A stretch of DNA of 64,000 nucleotides from Lepidodermella squamata (Eukaryota; Animalia; Gastrotricha). The position numbers and the translations under genes were made by a program. Numbering within the stretch: the stretch's first letter is position 1; every line of letters begins with the position of its first letter. Positions 25,411-35,800 of the stretch are shown in pieces. Location: assembly GCA_047495785.1 (NCBI GenBank), contig JBLDXI010000054.1, positions 310,001 through 374,000 on the forward strand. The letters run 5' to 3'. The notes below the pieces were generated by a model. It saw only the letters and a list, made by a program, of their open reading frames with translations, searched no databases and was not told the DNA's origin.

Positions 25411-27077
25411 TATATGAGTTAAAAATAAAATGAGAAGTAATTAATTAAATCCGTGACTTTCGAAGTTATAATGAAAAGGTCAAATCGACTTATTTCTCTT
25501 TGGAACATATTTTTTTGTCTCAACTCGGGCGTAAAAAAAGTGTTTTCGGTCATTTTGCGGGCGGAGAACAAACGAGCGGATATGAGTGATTTCAACGGAA
25601 AAAAACACGCAGTAAAACACGTTGGCGGTTGAGAGGACGTGGACATTTTTTAAGCTTCCTGCCACTAATTTCCCGAATAAATTTGATTTTAATTGATTCC
25701 TAATGCATCATTTCATAGTCTGCTCTCTCACGAACTCAGTTATTTTGTTACTTAATCAAAAGGACTTGCTTTATTCTCCCAGAACAGTCAAATTTCTGGG
25801 AAATTTTTGAATGAAGTCTTCATGTCTTATACCGATTTTTAGATGAATAATTTTAATATGCTTGGTTTCGCGATGTTATTTATATCAATAACGTTGAACC
25901 TGATTTGTGCCACTGATTCATTCAGCTTCGTAAGAAGTGAGCTATTTATCAATATTTTCGGGATAAAATAATGAAAAAATGAGAGATTTCCATTTAAATT
26001 CTACCGTTTTCATGAATATTCTGAATATTGATCTAAATATTGAATTTGCATTTTTGAATTCGTGGAGAAAATTAGAAACATTTATTTCAATTTTCAAATT
26101 TATTACATTTTTTCGGAATTTTCTAGGAAGCAATAGCGCGGCAGCAATAGCAGAAAACATGGTCTCACAAATGCTGTCCAGACGCCGAAATGAAACAATG
26201 AATAATCAGGCATCGACACCGAAACCGCGGTCGAAAATGTCCCAAAAGCTGGGTGTCTACATACGATCACGACTGCCCATGAGTCCTATTGAGAATAGCT
26301 ACGACCTGACCCAGCGAAAAATGCACCTGTCGCAGCAATTGCGAGAACATTTCAATAGAAATCAACAATGAGAGCGCCGAATTTATTTCGATTTTTTTTA
26401 TTTTGAAAAAAATAAATCAAGGTAGGAAAAAGCTACCGGTTATTTTTACGAATTATTCACCGTCCAACAGAATTATGAATTATTCATGATATAATATAGC
26501 AGCCTTTGAACCAGAAAAAATTAACTTAACAATCATTTTTTTCCGATATTGCTCTCGTGGGCCGGTAAAATCGAAGAGCGTTTTAACCCACACATGTTAT
26601 GATCGCAAAAAATGCGCGAATAATTAATATGATCCTGACCCTCGCTGCAGCTATATGCATGTTTTTTTCGAATTTATTTAGCATTAAGTGCGGTTTATTT
26701 GCCATTTTTTTCTTTCTAACATGTAGAGCGCAGTTAATCGATTTTGAGCTACGTCAAGCGGAAAGCGGTGAATCAACAATAAAAGAGGTTGACCTCATAT
26801 TTTTGAAATACTACCTTCAGATAACCTTAGCGTATTGATAACGCTCAAGTGACCCTTGATGATGTTATCTTTGGCCAGCGAGGACATGATGATATCATAA
26901 TCACCTGAATTTCTTATCTATAGACAGCATTTCTTCTTTCTTTCATAGCATAAACAGCAGCATAGTAATACACATATTATGAATTAGCTAAATCCAAAAT
27001 ATTCCAACGATGGCAGCTACTATGTAAGGCTTCAACAATTCAACTTTAGCCCTATCTTTAACATTTTTTTTCCACAG

Positions 27078-28290
27078 ATTTGAGGCTCAAGGAGTCCCAC
27101 ACTGCCCTAGTAAATTTCTCGATCCAATATCAAACTACCCGAAATTATTGCAAGCCATACGCTTAGTTGGGAATTTTCCTAATGAAGGTAGGCTTGCGAC
27201 CAAAAAATTTTCACATAAATTCTCAATATTTATTCCAGGTATTATTGTGGTAGCAGGAGGTCCAGGAGCGGGTAAAACTGCAACAATATCCCATTTACTG
27301 AACTCGGAAATTTTCAACGATTTTTTCCTGTCAAAATGCAATCTTAAATCTGTCGCCTGGTTCAACTGTTCGGAGTGGAACGCTGAGAAACAACATAATA
27401 TGAATTCAGCAATCAGCCAAGAAAAATCAAGCCTCATCGTTCTCGACGATGTTTACAGCGTTGAGATCGTCGAAAGTTTGCGAGAAAATCACCCGGATAT
27501 ACCGTGTTGCGTTATCACCCGAGATCCGGTGCCATTACTGCGGAAAAGTCGCGAATCTGACCGGAAAATTATTCGCGATATCGGAGTTTACTGGCTGAAA
27601 GAATTCTCTGACGACGATATTTCCCAATATCTCGAGCCAGAATTAGGCCCCATGTTCGCCAAAAGCTGCTGCGGGTCTATTATGGTAGCTAATGCCATCA
27701 AGGAGTACTTTAAAAATTTATCATCGCTCGGCTGCGACCTTCGAATCGTTGATTTACCTGTCCCTAGAGCTTATTCGAAAGCTGGAACTATCTCAGAGCT
27801 TTACCAGGGTAGTTTCAATAGCTTGGAAGATGATCGAATCCGAAGCCAGTGGTACACTTTCCTCCTTTTCCAACCTGGCGATTGGGTTCCTTTTGTTGAT
27901 TTGGCGATTTTATGGCGATTGGAAAATCAACGTAAAACAGTCGAGGCCATCTGTCTTCAGTTCGAACAAAGGTCCCTGATCAGGCGGACGAAGGCGATGA
28001 ATTCGTTTGTAGTCAACGATTTACTATACGAAGCTGGTTTGGATTCAGCTATCAAATACTACAGCAGCCTGGTGCAAGCTGATCATTTTGACCGCTTATC
28101 TGGTTTCGAGGCTATTCTAATGATGAAATTGGGCTTATTGGCCGAAGATAAGCTGGCGAAGGTTCCGCTGTGGGAGGTAAAAGCCATACTGCACGAAGCG
28201 CTGAACCTGAAAAGGGACAAATTGGTGCAGAAACTATTCAAACTAGTTCCCGAACTGAAGGATGTCTATTCTAGTAATCCGGAAGTTTGA
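27078..28290 (+). CDS. Apaf-1/CED-4-like NB-ARC (STAND ATPase) protein; exons 27078-27187 and 27239-28290; 5' exons unresolved
   Basis: GVPHCPSKF (cf. Apaf-1 GVPQRP), Walker A GGPGAGKT, Walker B LIVLDDVY, sensor-1 VITRD, GxP-equivalent CCGSIMV, winged helix VPFVDLAILW..RSLI..VVNDL; in-frame 51-bp intron 27188-27238. Confidence 0.8.
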
Positions 28291-28771
28291 ACTTGGGATG
28301 CATAATGAAAATAAAATGTAACAGAAATGCGTTCGAAAGGCCCATTATCCTTGTTTCAATTGATGAAGTTCACAATTTCAGCTTTAGCTTGAGAAGCGTG
28401 AAAAGCGTAAGAGAGTTTTTCTCAACAATCTACTACCTTCATCGAATTATCGCGAGGGAAGGCTTGGCTAATCTTGTCCTCCTTACTGTTATCATGTCTT
28501 CGGAGAAAGTCTGAAGAGCGAAGATAAGAAGACAGCTAGTATTTTTGAACAGAAATATGAAGGGACTCGAATTCTCGCCCTGAATTAGAAGGATTGGTTG
28601 TTTGCTGTTTTTCTCGAACTTTACTATTCAGTGCAATTTTTTTCTTGGGTCACTGTCACTTTTTTCGAGGCCAACCACGAGCGAAACCTGAGCGCCTCAT
28701 TGCATGCTAAACAACATATTTTCAATCTCTAAATATCCGAGCACTATTTTTTTAAGGAATCACTCAAAAAA

Positions 28772-29617
28772 ATGTTTTCCCCTCAAGCCGTGTTCTTTGC
28801 TTTGGTGCTAGGTTCAGTCAACTGCTGCCCGCACAACAGCGTTGGCTACCTGGCATCGAACAACACCGATAACGCCGGATCAGTTGTCGATGTCAGTGAC
28901 ATACTGTCGTTCTACGAAACTGGTAGTAGCAGCTCTTCAAAAGCCATCATCATCGCGACCGATGTCTACGGTTGGAACGGCGGCCGAACGAGGCAGATTG
29001 CGGACTACTTCGCCACGAGAGGGTTCTACGTCATGGTACCGAAGTTGCTACAACCGCCCTTCGAAGGCGGGACAGATGGAGATGGTCTGCCTTCGAATTT
29101 TTCATTCAGCAGATTTGCCGCACTCAACGCTTACTTGGCTAACATTACCTGGGAGGGGACAGTTAAACCTCGTGTTGAACAAGCAATCGCTAGAGCCAAG
29201 TCATTCAGCATTCCGAAAATTGGCATGCTCGGGTTCTGTTGGGGCGGTTGGGTGGTCACAAAAGCTGCCATTGATTTCGAAAACGATTTGACAGCCGTGG
29301 CTACAGCTCATCCTTCATTCCAGATAGAGGAAGCTAGTTTCAAACGAAACGTGACTCAGATGATAGGCAAGGTGAAGATTCCGTCGCTTTGGCTGCCGGC
29401 TTCGAATGATCCGCCTGCTCTGCTGGAGAATGGGGCTTTGTTCAAAACGCTGAAGACCAGTAGCCCGGCTTCTAAGGTGATCTTCTTCCCGCGGATGCAA
29501 CATGGCTGGGTTCCGAGGAGCGATATTACAAACGCGACTATTAAAGCTGATGTTGAAAAGGCTGTTAACGACGTCGCTTCCTTTTTCAATGACCTCATGG
29601 ATTCTGAAGATGAATGA
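28772..29617 (+). CDS. Dienelactone hydrolase family (alpha/beta hydrolase, CMBL-like), copy 1, predicted secreted
   Basis: DVYGW, RQIADYFA, nucleophile motif GFCWGG, AHPS, ASND, MQHGWVPR; hydrophobic leader MFSPQAVFFALVLGSVNC; intronless coding region. Confidence 0.9.
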   Translation: MFSPQAVFFALVLGSVNCCPHNSVGYLASNNTDNAGSVVDVSDILSFYETGSSSSSKAIIIATDVYGWNGGRTRQIADYFATRGFYVMVPKLLQPPFEGGTDGDGLPSNFSFSRFAALNAYLANITWEGTVKPRVEQAIARAKSFSIPKIGMLGFCWGGWVVTKAAIDFENDLTAVATAHPSFQIEEASFKRNVTQMIGKVKIPSLWLPASNDPPALLENGALFKTLKTSSPASKVIFFPRMQHGWVPRSDITNATIKADVEKAVNDVASFFNDLMDSEDE

Positions 29618-29929
29618 ATACTGGGCAAGAGAGAAGACTGCGAACTTCATCATTTATTTTCACCATTTCACCATATCACAAAATACAAAATGAAATAAAC
29701 AGTGAAAGGGCAATTGAACGACTGTAGTTGTAAAATTCTTAACCGAGGCTGCCTGGCTTGAACGGCGGTTGGCGGGATGCTGTGAGACCTTCGAAGTGAC
29801 ATTGAAAAAGGAGAAAACAAAGATTCGCGGGCTTAGACGCGACCGAAACACAAAAGCATGCAGTAATAACGACTGACAGGCACAGATATAATTTACGTAA
29901 GGGAGCAGCACAGCATTCGGTTTACAGAC

Positions 29930-30357
29930 TCATCCAGCCATGGCGCCGTGGCTGATTTCGCCCTTAAAATTTCATAGCAGAAGCATGATGAAAAAATTGA
30001 TAATTTAAAATGTAATCCGCACAAGCCATGGTTGGAGACCTATTTCCAGCCAGCTTTAACATCGCTACTGCTGGTTGCTCCCCTTCGAAAGGAGCGACAA
30101 CTTCGCTCCGAATTTCGTTTGTTCCCTGTTGTTCGCCTCGTTGCTGTGGTTGTTGCTGTTGCTCGTAGAAATGACTGGAATCGAGAAAAAATTGAATTAT
30201 GCTCAGAGTAACTGCTGAGTAGATCGTAACTTCTAACTTACAGTTTCACCTTTGGCTCGGTGACTTGGGTCACAAGCGCCCGGATCTGTTCATGTAGCTC
30301 ATCGACCATGTCAATTAGCCTGTGGACTATCTTGCTGTTATTGCGAAAACAATTCAT
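29930..30357 (-). CDS. Small coiled-coil/poly-Q protein, family copy A (exons 30357-30242, 30174-30027, 29962-29930; ~98 aa)
   Basis: Splices in frame to MNCFRNNSK...EPKVKL/HFYEQQQQPQQ...NRSPTM/GEISHGAMAG*; same exon phases as the copy at 46192-46689; second donor is GC. Confidence 0.55.
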
Positions 30358-30809
30358 TACAACGCGATTGAAAAATAATCGTTCGAGGTTGGGGCAGTGA
30401 CTCAATATTACTAGAAAATCAAAGCAACTTTAGCATATGTGAGAAATAGTTGGATAGCTGAAATTTGATCAACACGCAGGCACTTGTGTAGCCACCTAGT
30501 CGCGTGGCTTCAATGAACTTTAATTGTTGCAGCATTTGAAAAGTGCCGCTCTTGTCCTTCCATCAATCGAATGGATTTCAAACAATTCTAACAAGTTGGA
30601 TTCAACAGGAAAAAGCTAGCTGTTTAGCTCCAGGCAAAACACTGGCAACTGGTTTTCGGTTTGTTATTAAAACCTGTTGATATTCATTTTTCATGGATTT
30701 CTAGTTGAAATCAAAATAGGATATCGTGCAATCTAATATCAAGTCTTTATACATTAGGTCAATGTGCTTTCTCTGTCTCGCCACCAGCCGACTTGACCGA
30801 TTTAGTTTG

Positions 30810-31945
30810 CCGATGAGGGCAGTACGTATGGCACAAGAACAAATCATTCCGCCGGGGGCAAGGTCAACCGTGCTGTGTAGCGTTCCAATGGTTAAGGACG
30901 GCGAGACGGTCCTCTTCAAGCCGGAAAACTCCATGGGCAACGAAGAACCGACCTTGGTTTACGGACACACGGTGGACACGGTCAAGGACGGGAAGGTGCG
31001 CGTAACAGTCTTTAATATCGGCACCAACCCAGAGAAAATACGCCCAAGGACAGCCATCGGATGCGTGGAAAAAGTCGACAACAGCCAAATAAGGGCGACA
31101 AGGCGAAACGACACGCAAGGAAGTGGGGAACCCAAAGTCGACCTGTCATCAAAAATGCTGACGGAGGACCAGCGCCGCCAGGTCAGAAATTTGATAAAAA
31201 GATACGCTGACATTTTCAGCAAGGACGACGACGAGGTCGGACATTGCCCCTTCATCGAGCATAAGATCCGAGTATCAGGACCTCCGTTTCGACAACCACT
31301 CCGGCGCTCCACACATGAAGAACGCGAGATCATGCGCCGCGAGGTAGAAAGAATGGAACGAATGAAGGTCATAAGACCAAGCAACAGTAGTTGGGCAAGC
31401 GCAGTATGTTTGGTAAGAAAGAAGGACGGCAAGTACCGTTTCGCGATCGATTACCGCGTCCTAAACAAGCGGGTACACGAAGCAGGGTACGCAGACCCAT
31501 TCCCATTGCCAAGAATCGACGACACTCTCGAGGCGCTGGGCGGAGCAGCCTACTTTTCAACGTTCGACCTTCAATCAGGGTACTGGAACGTCCCGATGGA
31601 AGAGAAGTCGAAGGCGTATTCGGCGTTCATAACACCATGGGGCCTATTCGAATGGGAAGTCATGCCCTTTGGATTGTCCAACGCCCCGGCAACGTTTCAA
31701 CGACTAATGCAGTACGTATTCCACGGAATACTCTTCGAAGAAGTCCTGATCTACTTGGACGACATCATCGTCTTCTCTAAATCATTCGAGGAGCACATGG
31801 TACGCCTCGAGCATACGTTCGAAAGAATCCGAAAAGCGGGACTCAAAATGAAGCCGTCAAAATGCCACATCGCTCAGGAAGAGGTCGAATTCCTGGGATA
31901 CCTGGTATCCGGAAAAGGCGTCCGACCCGACCCTAAGAAGACAGC
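30810..31945 (+). repeat. Inverted duplicate (1136 bp) of Gypsy pol segment 35012-36147 (post-protease linker + RT)
   Basis: Reverse complement of 35012-36147; four ORF-track entries (157, 84, 129 and 63 aa) recur with identical translations on opposite strands; sharp junctions tttg|ccgatg and acagc|atct. Confidence 0.95.
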
Positions 31946-32815
31946 ATCTATCTTAGCTCTAGCGAAGTAGTTGGAGCAAAACCAAGAAACTGACCTTTTG
32001 ACCCCTTTCCGTTTTGTTGGCGCGTCCGTGCTCGGCGTGGTGGTCCCCGGGACGGTTCTGGACCCGCCGCGCTCGCCCTGCGCCTTGGTAACCGCCTTTG
32101 CCTCGCTACTTTGAACTCTGGTCGTACTACGTCGCGCAGTTGGCGATTCGACGCCCGTGACGGTTTGCGTCGTCGCTGTCTTCGCCGTTATTCGGACCTT
32201 ACGGGTCGCAGTAGCTTTCGGCGTGCTTGTCCTTTGTGTGCCGGTTGTTACGCCGGCCGTTACTGTTGTTGGTGTGGTGACTTTTGTGATTATTAATGTG
32301 GCGTTCACCGCGGTTGCCGGCGTTGGTGGGGTTTCTGGACCGATTGTGGTTTCGTTGCCGGTTTCGCTCGACTCTTCTGCTAACGTGTGAGCTGCTCGCC
32401 GCACCCTTTGTTTTCTTGGTGTCGTCGTTGGGTTTCCCAGTGCGCATTGTTTAGGGTATTTAGTTCGTTTGACGATACATTCTTTTTCGGAGAAGCCGAC
32501 CAAGTTGAAGCATGTTGATGTTGACGGAAACGATGAGCATCGCTTTAGCTCGTCCAAAGGTGGTGGCATGAGAAGGTGCTCTGTTTCCAGAAAGTATTCT
32601 GCGAATGCTCGTACTGACGGATCTGGCTCGTTCCATATTTCGCGAAATGGTACTTCTTCCCCGCCCGCGAATAGCAGCGTGTGCTTGAATTCGAACAACG
32701 ACCCTTTGTGCACGCCTCTTACTAGTGCTCTAGGGAACAAAATGGGTGGTAGCTCCGCACCCTCGGTGTGGTGCCAGAGCGCGAATACTATTACTAGGTT
32801 ACTAGGTTTCAACAT
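31946..32815 (-). CDS. env: Env-like third ORF of the Gypsy element, 3'-truncated by the inversion
   Basis: Starts 35 nt after the pol stop; splice acceptor ttttgttttatag just before the ATG (32815); hydrophobic leader MLKPSNLVIVFALWHHTEGA; Cys cluster, Thr-rich segment, basic sites RKQRVRR and KRKGVKR|SVSWF. Confidence 0.6.
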
Positions 32816-32850
32816 TCTATAAAACAAAAGATTAAGGGGTTGACTAAAAG

Positions 32851-35800
32851 CTACTCTTGCCCCGCCTGATAGAAATCAGGCTGTCTCCTTGCTCGTTTGG
32901 GTCGCTCGCCACCCACCTCCTCGGGCTCCTCTGCTATCCCCGCGTCTGGGCACTGCTGCCTCATTTCTTCTACTGTGGCGTCTGCCGTTACCGGTGCCGT
33001 TATGATCTCGCCGTTCGGGTCCTCGATACCTAGGGGTGGCCCTTCCCCTTCTTCGATTTCCTCAGGTACGAGTCCCGCGGCTTCTCGAATTGTTTCGACT
33101 TCGTCCGCGTTGAACGGTTTGAGTCTAGCCAGGTTAACTATTCGGCTAGGTGCCCGCCCGTCCAGTAACCGAATGGCATACGTCACCGGCCCTGTCTTTG
33201 CGACAATCGTATACAGCCCGGTGTATGGGCAGTGCAGTTTTCTGGACAGGTGAAGCTGCCGTAGTGGCTCGTGGAGGAGGACGAGCTCGCCGATCGTAAA
33301 GCCCTCTCGCTCCTTCCTTCCTTTGTCGTGTTGCGCCTTCTGTTTTGTACGGGCCGCTTCCGCATTTGCTCTTGTGTCGGCGTAAGCCTTTCGCAACCGT
33401 TCGTTTATCTCGATTGCGTACGCGTCCGTACTGCGGAATTTTGGCGCGTTTTGGAGGAGGACATCCGTTGGGAATCGGAAGGGCCTTCCATGGAACAGGA
33501 AGTAGGGTGTATAGCCTGTTGAATCTTGCTTTGCCGCGTTGTAGGCTTGTAGCTTCCACGGTAATTGCACATCCCAGTCGCGTTGCTTTTCGTCGATCAC
33601 TTTGGCTAACATGGCTTTCACCGTTCGGTTAAATCTTTCGATGAACCCGTTACCCTGAGGGTGGTACGCCGTGGACCTTGTCCTTTCGATGCCGATTGCT
33701 TTGCAAAGTTCCGTGATGGTTCGGCTCTCGAAGTTCCGCCCTTGGTCGTTGTGGATGGACTCGATACAGCCGTGCTCGCTCACGAAATGAAGGAAGTGTC
33801 GTACGATCGTTGCCGTTTGCTCGTTTTTCATGGGGTACCCTTTGACATACTTTGTGAAAATGTCCCCAATAAACAGCACGCAGTTGTTTCCGCTGTAAGA
33901 CGTGATTAGTTTTGCGACGTCCCAACATACTTTCTGCAGTGGGTACTCTGCTTCCGCTATATGTTGCATGGGTACGACATCGGCTTGCGGCTCTTTCCTC
34001 CTTTGGCATGGTACACAGCAGTCGATTGTCCGCTTTGTCCTTTCTTCCATCTCTGCGAAGTAGAATCGGTTCTTGAGGTGCTCGCACGTTTTATCGGCTC
34101 CCAAATGTCCCAGCTCTAAATGGGCTTGCTTGATTGCCGATTGAATCAGTGTTTCCGGCAGTACTACTACCTCTGCCGGTCCCTTTTCTCGCCTTGATTT
34201 GAATCGCAGTAGCTGATTTTCGAACGTATACATCTTAGTTCGTCCCGCCTTGCAGTCATTTATGAGATTTTGGATTTTCGAGTCCTGCTGTTGCTCTCGT
34301 GCAATGTTTTCCGTACTTAACTCATTCGCGAATTGAAGGCTGAGGATTGCCGGTATTGTTTGTTCGCCTTCCTTGCCACTCGTGTTCGGTGGAGTCCGCG
34401 ACAACCCATCGGCATTTGTATGAGTCTTGCCCGGTTTGTAGATGTACTGGATGTTGTACTCTTGCAAAAGCATTTTGTACCGAGCCATCTTCCCGGTGCT
34501 GTCCCGCGCCTGGTCCAGCTGCACGATGGGGTTGTGGTCGGTGTAAAGGTAGACGATGTCATTTATTCGGATGTAGGGTCGGAATGTCTTTACTGCCCAA
34601 TATATTCCGAGAAGTTCGCGTTCTGTCGCGCAGTAGTTTCGTTCGGTTTTGGTCAGCTGTCTCGACGCGTATGCTATTACCACTTCTCTTATGGTGCCGT
34701 CGGCGTCCGCCTGGTCTTGTGCCAGTACCGCTCCGATGGCCCAATTTGATGCGTCCGAGTAGATTTTGAATGGTTTTTCAAATTGCGGGTAGCCAAGAAT
34801 TGGTGGGCTTACTAGGAAACCCTTGAGTGCCTCGAAGGCTTCTTGGGTCGCCTTATTCCACTCGAACTTTTCTTCGCTTTTCCTTGTGAGTGCGATCAGT
34901 GGTTCGGCGATTTTCGCGAAATTTTTGATGAACCGTCGATAGTAGGAACATACGCCCAGAAACGACCTTACTTGAGACACGTCTTTAGGTACCGGGTAGT
35001 TGATGACCGGAGCTGTCTTCTTAGGGTCGGGTCGGACGCCTTTTCCGGATACCAGGTATCCCAGGAATTCGACCTCTTCCTGAGCGATGTGGCATTTTGA
35101 CGGCTTCATTTTGAGTCCCGCTTTTCGGATTCTTTCGAACGTATGCTCGAGGCGTACCATGTGCTCCTCGAATGATTTAGAGAAGACGATGATGTCGTCC
35201 AAGTAGATCAGGACTTCTTCGAAGAGTATTCCGTGGAATACGTACTGCATTAGTCGTTGAAACGTTGCCGGGGCGTTGGACAATCCAAAGGGCATGACTT
35301 CCCATTCGAATAGGCCCCATGGTGTTATGAACGCCGAATACGCCTTCGACTTCTCTTCCATCGGGACGTTCCAGTACCCTGATTGAAGGTCGAACGTTGA
35401 AAAGTAGGCTGCTCCGCCCAGCGCCTCGAGAGTGTCGTCGATTCTTGGCAATGGGAATGGGTCTGCGTACCCTGCTTCGTGTACCCGCTTGTTTAGGACG
35501 CGGTAATCGATCGCGAAACGGTACTTGCCGTCCTTCTTTCTTACCAAACATACTGCGCTTGCCCAACTACTGTTGCTTGGTCTTATGACCTTCATTCGTT
35601 CCATTCTTTCTACCTCGCGGCGCATGATCTCGCGTTCTTCATGTGTGGAGCGCCGGAGTGGTTGTCGAAACGGAGGTCCTGATACTCGGATCTTATGCTC
35701 GATGAAGGGGCAATGTCCGACCTCGTCGTCGTCCTTGCTGAAAATGTCAGCGTATCTTTTTATCAAATTTCTGACCTGGCGGCGCTGGTCCTCCGTCAGC

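Noticed and set aside
30726-31970. Domesticated RT gene or second independent Gypsy insertion
   Set aside because: Apparently identical to the neighbouring pol, with abrupt ends and no LTR or TSD; a local inverted duplication.
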